Part shown: positions 39,651 to 52,933 of the stretch, piece after piece
Numbering within the stretch: position 1 is the first letter of the stretch
Layout of the letters: every line of letters begins with the position of its first letter
Assembly (NCBI GenBank): GCA_043228905.1
Contig: JBHGNT010000020.1
Coordinates: 4,774,001 to 4,838,000, forward strand
DNA: 64,000 bases
Direction: 5' to 3'
Source of the DNA: Azolla caroliniana
Taxonomy: Eukaryota > Plantae > Polypodiophyta
Translations under genes and position numbers: made by a program
Notes under the pieces: generated by a model
Told to the model about the DNA's origin: nothing
What the model saw: the letters and a program-made list of their open reading frames with translations, nothing else
Databases searched by the model: none

Positions 39651-40880
39651 TATCGCGGCGTGGCTCGCTGAGAAGCGTAGCGTTGCGTAGACAACAGACA
39701 TCCTGAAAGTGAGGAAGGAATCAATGGGATTATGGATAGAAGAGACGAAAGAGTAGAGATAGAGTAAATAGAGATCAACAAGATATGACAAGATAGGATA
39801 TAAAATGATATGTGAAGGAATAAAAGAAATTTATAATTATTTGATGAAAGAGTTACAAAAGTGATTGCGAGCATCGTTGAACCATCGAACTTTGTCTCAT
39901 AAGGTAATCACCCTTCTCTTTCTTGATAATAGGCCACAACAATCTTCACTTCAATATTTCGATGAAGATAAGACTTGAACCGCCTCCCTTTCTTTGAGAG
40001 TTGAGCACCGCGACCGTCAAGCTAGAGCTTCTATTCTATGTTCAACTTCTTTCCTTCTTCCTATTATATATAGTATCTCTTATGTAATATAATTCTATTT
40101 GATTGATATATCATACAATATAGTTCTTCAATTTCGATTTCTTCGATCCCTTGTGACCATTCTCCCTTCTCCTTTTATAGGGAAGAGATGGTCCTACATG
40201 TGGGCCATGTGGTGCACATGTAGAGAGGCTCTTGCATGTATGCTATATGGTGCACATGCAGAGAGGCTCTTGCATGTGTGCTATATGGTGCACATGTAGT
40301 ACATTTCATGGTTTAAACCATACAATACTACAACACATATATTCTATATACATCACAAGTATAGTCTAAATGGTAAGGTTTTAATGCCATAAGGTTGGGG
40401 TTATTGGTTCAAGTCCTCTTTTTCCCATGTAATATGCTATATGGTGTGCATGTAGTAGAGGACTTTTGCCCATATAATATGCTACATGGTGTGCATGTAG
40501 TATATTAGATGGTTTGGACTATAAAATACTACTTCAAATAAAACAACGCATATGATGTCTTATGTATTTATCTTATTGTAGACTTTTAATGTGAATCTTT
40601 TGTACTTCACGACATCCACCCCCTCTAGACCTACACATCCTCCGACATGTGCCACTATCTTTCATCTTCATGTTGATCTATTGGAGTATGGTGCATTTGA
40701 AGGCACTAAAATCTTCATCTTGACTTTATCCTTCAGCAGCTCCAACAATTGAGGTAATCGAGCTCTCGGTACTGCAATAGGTTTAAAATTCCAAGGAATA
40801 TGAGGGATAATAAATATTACCATTGGCATCACCACCTTTGGATCTACACAATCAATCTCCTCAAGGTCAAAGCATGCTAC
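39651..40880 (-). mobile_element. Gypsy 3' LTR (39651-40614) + PPT + RT N-terminal fragment
   Basis: Minus strand CTAGAGGGGGTGGA-TGTCGTGAAG. ORF 40668-40964 contains IPHIPWNFKPIAVPRA...PSNAPYSNR. Confidence 0.8.
40362..40420 (+). promoter_or_regulatory. tRNA-like A/B box module in LTR
   Basis: TAGTCTAAATGG at 40362 and GGTTCAAGTCC at 40406. Confidence 0.6.
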
Positions 40881-43800
40881 GGTGTACCAACTTTTGGCCA
40901 AAAATTTAGTACTAAATTGAGGAAGAAAATAGACATTAAAAATTGAAAATAAAACAATTATCATCTATTGAATGGTGTTCAATTTCAAATAACAAATTCA
41001 TTACATCACACTCGAATGTACAAAGATAATATACGTCCCACTCGAAATGTCCCAAGGCTGTATTTAATACATTAATTGTAACTTCATTCTCCTAGGTAGA
41101 GTTGTACGAAAGCACACCTGGAGAAGGTTTGGAATGTGATAGTTGGTCAGTCTCAGTCTCAGTCTCTCTCTCTCTCTCTTCTGTCTCGAAGTTGTCAGAT
41201 AGACAGAGGCAGAAAGTTCGAAAGACGACACATATCTATTACCTATCTCTCTCTTTCTCTCTCTCACTCCACCTTTGAATCTCTGTTTCTTTCTTTCTTT
41301 CTGTTTCTCTCTCTCACTCCACCTTCGATTCTCTGTTTCCCCGCCTAGTTGTTGTTGTGTTCCCCTCTGTGCCAGGTTCAATCTCTGTCTCTGTATATAC
41401 ATAGATTTCTGTTTCCCCGGATTGATGTTCTTGTTGTTGATTTTCTTTCCTTGTGTATGCTCGTTTGTCTCCTCTGCAACAGCCTCGTCAACAACCTCTT
41501 GCATATAGGTGATTTTGAAGGCTTGGTGTGCTCCGAAGGTGTGGTACCTCTGCCTTCGACCTTGGCTCCATCGGCCTCCAACTGGTATGTTATTGTTTTC
41601 GCTTTGTTTCCTATCCATTTGTTTTTAATTTGTATGTGTATGGGCATTTTTAGGTTTTGATTATTCATAGTCTATGTGTTGCATGCCCAACTGGTATGTT
41701 TTCATTTTCTTTGTGTTTCTTGTCTATCTATTTTTAATTTGTATGTGTTTGACATGGATGAGTTTTCTTCCGACTGTTTAGGGTGGTTGTGTGTTTGACA
41801 TGGTTTGTACATGCAACTTAGATGGAGTTGGCTATGATGAGTTGCTATGTTTTCGTTTTGTTGGTATGTTTTCGTTTTCTCTATGTTTCCCGTCTGTCTG
41901 TTTTTAATTTGTATGTGTTAGACATGGATGAGTTTTCTTCTGACTATTTAGGGTTTTTGTGTGTTTGACATGGCTTGTACATGCAATGTGATGATTTGCT
42001 ATGTGTTGATGGTAATTTGATGAGTTTTATTCTAGTACATGCATATTCATTCAACGAGAATAGTGATGACTAGGACAACGACGAGAAGGACACCCATAAA
42101 GAAGACATTGATGAAAGAGAAAGTGAAGACACCAGTGAAGGAAGAAAAAAGGACACCTCTCAAAGAAAGCAAGAAGACACCCACAAGAGAAAGGGTGATG
42201 AATTCATCAATATAGAGAAAGAAGATGTACCACTCCATCATTCAAGCCACACCTCTCGGATGGAGTTATTTCCTTCGAGCACGACCTGAAGTTTATCCTG
42301 AGCTGAAAGAGTGGTTGATAAAAACCTGGGGGTCAGCACATCCCGATACAAGGCGAGGATTCCACATAAGTGGATTGAGGAGGAAATATGTGAACTTATT
42401 GAAGACGAGATATGAACATGTTTATGATACAAATCAAATCTGTAACAATGAGGTGGGTATTGTTTTTGCACGTACATTTGCATGTGAAGTTCAGGGTGGC
42501 ATCGACGTAGATTGGGAAGATTTTAATCAGCATCGGTCAGAACATTATAAAGGGTCCTCCAGTACCAACACTGGCTTGAAGTCATTGGGAACCTCTCATG
42601 TGGATATTCCTTACAACACCTGTCCACCAAGTTCAATCTGCAAAGGTACGGGCCACAATGATTGAAAAGAATGAACAGATGATGGCCAGTTGCATAGCAT
42701 CTATGAGCTCAAGAATACAAGCACTACTTGTTGATTTGGAAGCAGTTAAATCAGCTGAGATACAGGCAGAAAAGACTACATATGAATGGATTGCATCGAC
42801 AATCCAAAATTCAAAAAGTGAGGTGTTGAAAGAGGAGTTGAAGAAAGAGCTAAACAATATGGGCACTCAATTAGGTTCACAGATGAGAGACCTTGATACT
42901 TGCAGGAATGCACATTCCGAAATAGATAATAAGTTATCAGCTTTAAAGTTGCATTCCGAGAACCTTGCGTGCTTGATGCAGGATTTAAAACAAAAAGGTT
43001 TTGAAACTTTGTGTCCATCTGTAATTGAGCACCCAAGTGGTATGGAAAGTACTATTATTAGTATAGCTATATCACGGTATTGGCTTTAAAAGTTATTTAT
43101 TTCTACTTCTGTGGTATGAATATCATATTAGCTAATATATTATAACTTGTGTTTGCAATATGCCAGGTGTATATTTTGTGACCTCGGATTCAAGTTGGAG
43201 GCATATGTTGTGATTACACCGTGCTTGCACATATATTATGTGCTATGTGCTAAGTATCATTTTGAGAAAGAGAATACATGTATGGACCATAAAACTACAA
43301 TTGCGGCTGAGTGGTACTATGCTTGGGGTTTAAAAGTACACCCGTACGGTATGTGCCTCTACTATTCTATTGTTTGTATTATATGATGTCAATTTACATT
43401 TGGATTAGAACTAGTGTATGCCACAATTCATACTTCAAATTTAGGAGAACAATGGATTAGTGTATCTCTAACAACTAATATGTGGAACCCTAATTATGTG
43501 GGTTAGTATTGGCAGTACTCTTAATATATAATTGGTATGTGTAGTTGAAGGGATATTTTCCAGAATTAGTACTAAAAGGGAACCGGGTACAACATCGTCC
43601 AATCTATATTGCAACTTGCCTAGTACTAGTTTAGTAGACACTATACTTGTAGTACACTGTTGACTGTTAGTATTGTTTGTGTAACTTGGGAATTAGTACT
43701 AATTATGTAATTTGGGAACAAGGTGTATAGTAAATTGCTGAATATTAGTACAGTTTGTGTAATTTGGAAATGAGGTGTGTCAAACACATATCACGTTTAG

Positions 43801-43899
43801 TACTAATACTATTCAAGATTAATACTGTTGGTGTAATTAGTACAAGTTATGTAATTAGGTGTGTAGAACACTTATCACGTTTAATATTACTTGTGTGCA

Positions 43900-44560
43900 A
43901 AATACCACGTTAGTACTAAAATCCAATCTACATTTGTTGGATTAGATGTTAGTCCAATCTATATTACAACGTGCCTAGTACTAGTGTTAGTACACACTAT
44001 ACTTGTACATTGTTGACGATTAGTACTTAGCGAGTAGTACATTGTTCATGATTAGTACTAGTTTTGTAAATTGGGAACTAAGTGAGTAGTACATTGCTCA
44101 TGATTAGTACTAGTTTTGTAATTTGGGAACTAAGTGAGTAGTACATTGTTCATGATTAGTAGTCCTTGAGTAATTTGGGAACTAAGTGAGTAGTGCATTG
44201 TGCATGATTAGTACTACTTGTGTAAATTGGGAACTAAGTGAGCAGTACATTGTTCATTATTAGTACTACTTCTGTTCCTTATTAGTACTAGTTCAGTAAT
44301 TTAGGAACTAAGTGAATAGTATATTGTTCAGGATTAGTACATTGTTCATGATTAGTACTATTTGTGTAATTTGGAAACTAAGTGAGTGGTACATTGTTCA
44401 TGATTAGTACTCCTTGTGTAATTTGACTAAGTTAGTAGTACATTGTTCATGATTAGTACTACTTGTGTAAATTGGGAACTAAGTGAGTAATACATTGTTC
44501 ACGATTAGTACTAGTTGTGTAATATGGGAACTAGGTGTAGCTTAATGAATTAGTAATGTA
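43900..44560. repeat. 52-bp AGTACT-rich tandem repeat in intron
   Basis: GTACATTGTTCATGATTAGTACT...GGGAACTAAGTGAGTA at 44037, 44089, 44141 and onward. Confidence 0.9.
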
Positions 44561-45864
44561 GCTCTTGTGACCTACATTGTATATTTTATATCACGGTACT
44601 AACCTTGAAGGTTTTTTGGTTTCTTGCAATGAATGTTGTAGTGTCAAGCAACTCCACGCAGGGAAGGTAATGGAACAACCGGCCCTTGTGCCTAAACCCT
44701 CGGTATCAGCTGAACATTCCAAGGTTCAGGGACCATCATTACCAATAACCTATGAGTTTTATGATGAAGATGAATGTATGAGAAGGGCCATTGGAGCAGT
44801 GGAACATATGCTTCTACAAACAAATTCCCCAAACTCCGGTCAACATCAAAACAATCCAAGTAACACAAATTTTGCCAACATATCTTAATTCTCATTTGAG
44901 AAAATGTTGAATGCCTAATTTCTTTAGAAATAGAGCCAACTAAGAAGAGGAATGTTGCAAGAATGTTGTATGGAAAGGGCAAGAAAGGCAAAGTTGAATG
45001 CAATGGTGAGTCATATATGTTCTCACCTATCCGGAGAGTTGTCAACCTAATGCATTGTCTAATACCATGTACTTGTGTTACTAGATGATGACGAAATGAT
45101 CTTTGGTGAGGGAGATACGAGTCCAAAACCTAATCGTGAAGACGAATTTATCACACTCCCAAGTACACGTCAAAAGCCGGTTTTTGAAAACAATGATTTA
45201 GATCATAACAACCCTATGATAGTGTTGCTTTTGGTGCATTCTATAGATCATAACAACCCTGTTGAGCACTTAGATGTTGTGGAGAAGATGACCAAGCCTA
45301 CCACTTGCAATGGGGTATCTACGGCTGTACAATATGACGATGTAACAATAGGTAAAAAAGTGGCTCTTAACCCTACGTTCATTGTTGTTGGTATGTTTGC
45401 AAACTTTTGAGTATGTGAATTGATACTAATATTCTTTGGAATCCCATTATTTAGGTTTACAAGAGCAGTCTGATTCCCAATTGCAATCAAATGAATCGGG
45501 AACTATATGGAGCACAAGTGCAAAGTTAGATTCTGGGATTAACCTTTGCACGGAGGCAGACTCTGGAAGCACATCTTCCACACATGAGGACTGTGAGAAA
45601 AACGAAGCATTCATATTTGAAGAGCAGTTGGCATGTACAAACAATAATTTGTCTAAAGAAGACCACGAGGAGTGTGGAAAGAATATGACAAGTACTGAAC
45701 AGAAGACTGATTGTACTGAGAATGTATCTGTAGTGTCTAAAGAATCCCATGAGGATTGTGGAAAGAACATTGCTAGTACTGAAGAGGAGCCTGATTGTAC
45801 TGAGAATGTGCTAGTAGTGTCTAAAGAATCCCATGAGGATTGTGGAAAGATCATCGTTACTAAT

Positions 45865-48800
45865 TGTTGAGAATCAAGCTCAACTTGGTCTAGTGTGTGA
45901 ACTCACCTTGAGAGTGAAGAGACACTCCAACGGTCAAGAGTCACCATTATGTCACCACTTTGTATTCTAGCATTTAGTATGAGTCATAGAATCATATTCT
46001 ATGACACATAACTTATAAGCTTTCACATTCTCCATGCTCCATGAGTCTTGTAGTTAATGAAGAGAGAGGGTGACTACATAAAGCACCCTCCTCCCACCTT
46101 GTATAATGTTGAGTCTTTCTCCTTTGTTAATATACTTTTAACCTTGCGTATACTGTGTGTGTGTGTGTGTGTGTGTGTCTCTCTCTCTCTATCTCACACA
46201 CACACACAGTTCACACCTATTCCGCTTCACAAGATTCCATCACTTGATTCTTTACATGGTATCAGAGTGATTTGGTAGCTCGATCTAGCCCATTTGCCTC
46301 ATCGTGATCGTGTGTTGTGCTCCACGCCAACGACCAAGAACCGGCTCATCGCTATCGTAGCTTTGCTACATAGCTCGCATTCAAAGAGAGAAGAAGAAGA
46401 AGAAGAAGAATCGACATAATGAATACTAAAATGGGGAGCGCTCTCCCTACCGAGAAGTTGGATCGAAAAAACTTCGCATCTTGGGAGTACAAGATGCACC
46501 AATACCTTGTCGGACAAGGCTTTTGGAGCTACATCAAAGGAGCGCATGAAGACCGACCCGCCGAAGTGGCTCCCGGATACGCAACATGGGAGCAAGCCGC
46601 GAGCCGTGTGATGTATTGTTTGGTGACATGTGTTCACGACCACATGCTCGGTTACATTCGAGAAGCCAAGATGCCGAAGGAAGTGTGGGAAAACCTACGA
46701 AAGATTTTCGCCGCCAACACGATTGCGAGGAAGCTTCAACTTTGCCAAGAGTTGAACAACATCCAACAAAGGGATATGTCCATCACGACATACACCTTGA
46801 AGATCAAGGAGCTTTGCAACTCGCTCGGCTCAATAAGCGTAAGTATAGATGATGATGAGATGGTACAAATATGCCTCGGCGGCCTCGCACCATGGTTCGG
46901 AGCGATGCGAACTGCCGTTCTAGCACGGGAGAAATCTCCGTCCTTCTTGGAGCTCCAATCAATGCTATTGGTCGAAGAAAACCACGTGCGTACAAGGAGC
47001 AATGAGTCGGAAGACCACATGCTCTACACGCACTCTAATGGAGGAAGAGGACGCGGACGAGCGAGGGTTAGATTCGGCCAAGGACAAGGCGGACGAGGTC
47101 CGACCTACAACAACAACTCCCAATTTCGGCCGCAAAACGGAGGCCAACGAGGAATGTTCGCAAGAAGGGGGAGCTTCCACTCCGGCTCGAGCCGTCAAAA
47201 CGCAACCGAATGCGGATATTGCGGAAAGCTCGGCCACCACGAAGAAGAGTGCCGAAAGAAGATGCGTGAATCGGCTTCCACAAGCCGACAACTCACGAAT
47301 TATGCACACAATTCTGACTACGAAGAGTATAGCGGAATGTATGGGCACAACTCCGACTACGAGGATCGTGGTGGAATGTACGCATACAACTCCGACCGTG
47401 GCGGAATGTTCATGATGAAACATAGAGCAAAGTCTATGTCGGCCTCTACCTCAACTAGTGCCCTCAATCCGGAGGACGTATGGTTTGTTGACTCCGGAGC
47501 CTCAAACCATATGACATCCCACAAAGAATGGTTTCTCGAACTTCGAGAGCCGGAGCGACCCGGTTATGTCGAAAGCGGAGATAACACTACACACACGATT
47601 CGGCACATCGGCAATGTTCCGTTCGGCGAAAGAGGTAAGCAAACATACATTAAAAATGTCTTGCATGTACCCACCATCACAAAGAATTTGGTCTCGGTCG
47701 GCCAAATGGTTGAGCAAGGGATGCAAGTACGATTCGACCAAGAAGGGTGCTTCATCGAAAAAGAAGGCCGAATCATCGCACGTGGAAGAAGAGAGGGCCG
47801 GATGTTCATTCTCGATTCGCACGAGATGAAATTTGCCATGTTCGCGAAAAGCACGAAAGTCGACTCCGACATAGAGCTATGGCATAAGCGAATTGGCCAC
47901 ATCAATTTGGCAAGCAACACCAACACCCATTTCCGAAGGAGCGGAATGTGAGCAAAGGCGTACTCGACATAATTCATTCCGATGTATGGGGTCTGGCTCA
48001 AACGGCAACATTCAGCGGATGCTGATATTACATGCTCTTCATCGACGACTTTTCTAGGCACACTTGGATCTACCCAATGTGGCAAAAGAGCGAAGTGTTC
48101 GGACACTTCCAAAATTTCAACAATGAAGTCGAGAAAGCCACGGGCCGACATGTACGATGCCTTCGATCGGATGGCAGCAAGGAGTACTTCTTGGACGATT
48201 TCACGACGTATCTCCGAAAGGAAGGAATTCGGCGAGAATTCACTTGCCGACACACTCCGCAACAAAATGGAGTAGCCGAGCGCAAAAATCGGCACATCCT
48301 CGAAGTAGCGCGGGCCATGATGAACGAGAAGCATATGCCCAAGTCATATTGGGCCGAAGCGGCAAATACGGCCGTCTACCTAATGAACCGGTGCACAACA
48401 TCCGGCATGCACGAGGTCACTCCGCACGAAAAAGATTCTTCGGAAAGAAGCCGAACCTATCACATGTTCGGATATTCGGCTCCATTGCGTACGTGCACAT
48501 CCCCGACGAGAAGCGTCAAAAGCTTGACCCGAAGTCGGAGAAATGTATCCTCATAGGATACTCACTGGAGCAAAAGGGGTACAAGTGCTACAAGCCCTCA
48601 ACTCAAAAATCTCGGGTAAGTCGAGACGTCATCTTTGATGAGTCCGCATCCTGGTACGCACCAGAGACAACTTCGACTCCGACCCCGCTCGACCCAGAAT
48701 CCACCGAACAAGAGATAGAGGATGAAGATCATCTTACGTGCATGTTCGAAGAAAGTCCGATCACGACCCGACTGAGCGGACCACAAGAGCTTTTGAGCGA

Positions 48801-51131
48801 TCAAAGCACATCACGGCCTAGCCCGAAGATGGACAAAGGCAAGGAGAAAATGGTGGAATATGAAGACGATCGCTTCGACGACGATGAATCGACTCACTCA
48901 CGCGACAGTGAGTTCGGCGGTTTCGAGGTACCAATCGGAGCTAAAACTCCGCCGATCCACCCATGAAAAGAACCCCGTAAGCCGATTCGGCTACAACGAT
49001 TATATGGCGTACCATTACGCCTTTATGATGAAGGTAGCGACAATACGGGAGCCGGAAACCTTTTCGGAAGCCGCGAAAGACCCGCGATGGATCAAAGCAA
49101 TGAACGAAGAGATGCAGGCACTACAGAAGAACGAGACGTGGGATCTCGTTTCCACCTCACCTCACAAAAAGGCGATCGGATGCAGATGGATCTACAAGGT
49201 GAAGTATAACGTCGATGGCTCCGTAAACCGCTACAAAGCTCGACTTGTAGCGAAAGGATACGCTCAGACACATGGCGTCGACTATGAAGAGACCTTTGCC
49301 CCGGTGGCAAAGATGATGACGGTGGGGACCGTAATTGCGATTGCCGTGGTGAAAGGGTGGCACATCCATCAAATGGACGTCAAGAACACCTTTCTACAAG
49401 GCGAATTAGAAGAGGAGGTGTACATGATCCAAGCACCTGGCTTCAACTCGAGCACTCATCCAAAAGCCGTATGCCGACTCAAGAAGCCACTCTACGGCCT
49501 CAAGAAAGCACCGCGTGCTTGGCATTCAAAGATAACGCAATATCTTCAACAAATCGGCTTCCGTATGTCAAAATCGGACAACTCCCTGTACATACGAAGC
49601 GATTCCACAAGTCTGATCATCATCATCTGATATGTGGATGACCTAGTCATTGGAGGTGAGCATCTCGTCGAAATCAATAAGGTCAAATCCCTCCTTTCCA
49701 ACAAGTTCGAGATGACGGACATGAAGGAGCTCCACTACTTCCTCGGCATCGAGGTAATTAGGACTCCGGCCGGAATCATGATCTCTCAACGGCACTACAT
49801 CCTCAACTTGTTATACAAGTTCGGGATGGCTGAGTGCAAATCCGCGGCAACCCCGCTCGATCGCAATCTCAAACTAGATGCGAACTCCGGCACCAAAGCG
49901 TGTGAGCCGACTCAGTACCGGCAACTCATCGGGAGTCTCATCTACCTCACACGATCACACGACCCGATCTCAGTTATCCGGTCGGTCTCCTTAGCCAATT
50001 CATGCAAACACCGCGTGATACTCACTTGGATTGCGCTAAGCGAGTTCTACGCTACGTGAGTGGCACAATGGATTGTGGCATCCTCTACAAGTCTGCGATG
50101 CCAATACGACTCGAGGGGTACACAAAGCCGATTGGGCCGGCTACGAAGCTAATAGAAGATCAACTTCCGGATTTGTTTTCTCCCTCAGCAGTGGAGCAAT
50201 ATCCTGGAGTAGCAAGAAGCAGCCTACTGTCGCTCTTTCGAGTACGGAGGCGGAATATAGGGGCGCAGTCGTAGCTGCGTGTGAAGCCGTATGGCTCAAG
50301 AGGATTTTGAAGGATCTGGGCATACCCATCAAGGATCCGACTTCCCTGTACTACGACAATATGAGCAATATCTATCTGGCTCGGAACCCGGTGTTCCACG
50401 AGTGGACAAAGCACATCGAAGTGCACTATCACTTCATCCGAGAGCGCATTCTGGTTGGTGATGTCGACCTACACCACATTAGCACCAATCTTCAAACGGC
50501 CGACATCTTCACTAAAGCCATAGGAGCCGACAAGCTATGGCAATTCATGACCGATCTCGAATTGATGATCCCTGACCTGCCAAGCTTGAGGGGGAGTACT
50601 AAAGACACTACGCAATAACGTGTGGATTCCGCAACCACGCAACGAAGCAGTGAAGAGCCGATCTACCGCGCAAAGCCGTGAAGAAAGACGCAAGCCGAAG
50701 CACAGACTTCGTAACTACGCACAACGCAAGCTGGAGCACGGATTCCGCAACTCCGCATAAAGCGAGTCGACGCGAACTCCAAAACGTGAGTTGAAGCGGA
50801 TTTCGGATACCGTCTGAAACCGACCCGACTTGAGCTTGAGGGGGCATGTTGAGAATTAAACTCAAACTGGTCTAGTGTGTGAACTCACCTTGAGAGTGAA
50901 GAGACACTCCAACGGTCAAGAGTCACCATTATGTCACCACTTTGTATTCTAGCATTTAGTATGAGTCATAGAATCATATTCTATGACACATAACTTATGA
51001 GCTTTCACATTCTCCATGCTCCATGAGTCTTGTAGTTAATGAAGAGAGAGGGTGACTACATAAAGCACCCTCCTCCCACCTTGTATAATGTTGAGTCTTT
51101 CTCCTTTGTTAATATACTTTTAACCTTGCGT

Positions 51132-51164
<33 letters not shown>

Positions 51165-51240
51165 CTCTCTCTCTATCTCACACACACACACAGTTCACAC
51201 CTATTCCGCTTCACAAGAATCCATCTCTTGATTCTTTACA
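45865..51240 (+). mobile_element. Near-intact Copia (youngest-looking in window)
   Basis: LTRs 45865-46256 and 50847-51240 are highly similar. TSD CTAAT, PBS TGGTATCAGAG at 46257, PPT GAGGGGGCA. Gag-PR ORF 46419-47951, then INT/RT/RH with a few frameshifts. Confidence 0.97.
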
Positions 51241-52539
51241 CTAATGAAGGGGAGCCTACTAGCATCACCCATGAGGACCAGGCAATAAAAACCACCCAAG
51301 AAGGGGAGCATGGTTCTCTTAAGAATGAGGTGATAGCCACCGTACAAGAGGAGTTGACCCAAGAAGGAGAGCACAGTGGTCTTAAGAATGAGGTGACTAT
51401 GACCAGCCAAGAGTTCGCCAGGAGTATTGTTGTAGCCCACATACATGAGCCTAATTGTACTGAGACTGAGCATACTAGCAACAACATGAGTACTAAAACA
51501 ACCCACATTCAGGAGATGAGTGATAATTTTTCTATCGACAGTACCTTTGTGGATGTGTGTACAAGCATTGTAGTTGCAAAAAACACAGTTGCTCTCTCAA
51601 GCGTGCCACTAGTACAAGGTGCCCGTGCATCCACGCCTGTCTCTGATGCCTCTAATGATGAAGTGCCACTTAGTCAGTTGATACCTAAAGGCTTTAAGAT
51701 AAAGAAGAATGTAAAATAAAAAAAAACTGGCACCAACAACAAGCGCATTACAAGATCAGCCAAATTGCCCTCTAGTGCCTGATTGTCTTTTGATTGTACT
51801 TGAACTTTAGTTGAATTGTTAGTGATGTGAGAAATTGAACTATTTGGTATACCAAAATACTGTCTCATTTATCTAAAATAGTTATACCAGTGTCTTTCGA
51901 TTGTACTTGAACTTTAGCTAAACTGTTAGTGATGTCTGAAATTGAACTATTTGGTATACCAAAATTCAGTAGTTATACCAGTGTGAAATTCTATATTGCC
52001 AATTGCAGAGAATGAAAATGTATTCTATTGTTAACTGTTGTAGTGTAATCTGAATTTCTATATTGCTAATTCTGAAATGATCTTTGGTGAGGGAGGTACA
52101 AATTTATCACACTCCCAGGTACACTCCCATGCAACCATGATTGTGTTGATTACAAATAAAATTCTATATTGTTAACTGAGATGTTATATACAGTTCGTTA
52201 TACCAGATGAAGATTTAGAAGACTGGTATATACTGTCATGCAACCGAGCTTTACATCAGATGTATGTATCCGTCTAACTGAGATACTTTGGGAGACTACT
52301 ATGTATTACTTAATACTTGCAATTCACATTGGGAGACTGTTATGTATTACTTAATACTTGCAATTGACATTAGTACTAAACTAATATGTATATTGATACT
52401 TGTGTTAGTACTAATATGTATATTGATACTTCGAAGTATGGTCTCCTTGAGTGCACATGGTTAGAGTTGAATAATGACTTGAGTGCACACAATAGAGACT
52501 TGATAGTTGAATAAGTTTGGGCCATATTTAGGCTACTAA

Positions 52540-52760
52540 GTATTTAAGACTTCACACCTTAAACCATAGAAACAAGCAACTCTATAATTACCATAAACAC
52601 TGACAATACAAAAGTATTGAAGACTTCACACCTTAAACCATGGAAACAAGCAACTCTATAATTACCATAAACACTGACAATACAAAAGTATTGAAGACTT
52701 CACACCTTAAACCATGGAAACAAGCAACTCTATAATTACCATAAACACTTACAATACAAG
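52540..52760. repeat. 74-bp tandem repeat x3 downstream of transposase A
   Basis: AGACTTCACACCTTAAACC at 52547, 52621 and 52695. Confidence 0.9.
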
Positions 52761-52933
52761 CTCAATAAATAGTCTCAATACATCAAATATATCGATTCAT
52801 AATACATAATAGAAGAAAGGAATTATATCGATTCATTTTTCAATCATCAAAATTAATATATCAATACATCAAATAGTGAACTACAAGTGGATGTTTTTCA
52901 GTTTTCTGGTACAATGTATTGATAGGGTGACTT

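Larger units (their letters stand above)
42060..51719 (+). pseudogene. Spliced cargo gene: unknown N-terminal domain, coiled coil, RING-type Zn finger, acidic repeat tail
   Basis: ORFs 42225-42665 and 42598-43089. The GT-AG intron 43077-43166 joins to CIFC-x12-CLH-x2-Y-x2-C-x10-C. ORF 45436-45864 rejoins 51246-51719 in frame once the Copia is removed. Confidence 0.6.

Noticed and set aside
554-39660. Non-canonical TA...TA LTR termini
   Set aside because: Relatives at 3623, 32937, 40614 and 56768 have TG or CA ends, so TA is better explained by transition decay.
41064-41618. 184-aa minus-strand ORF
   Set aside because: Reverse complement of a CT-rich leader, so a compositional artefact.
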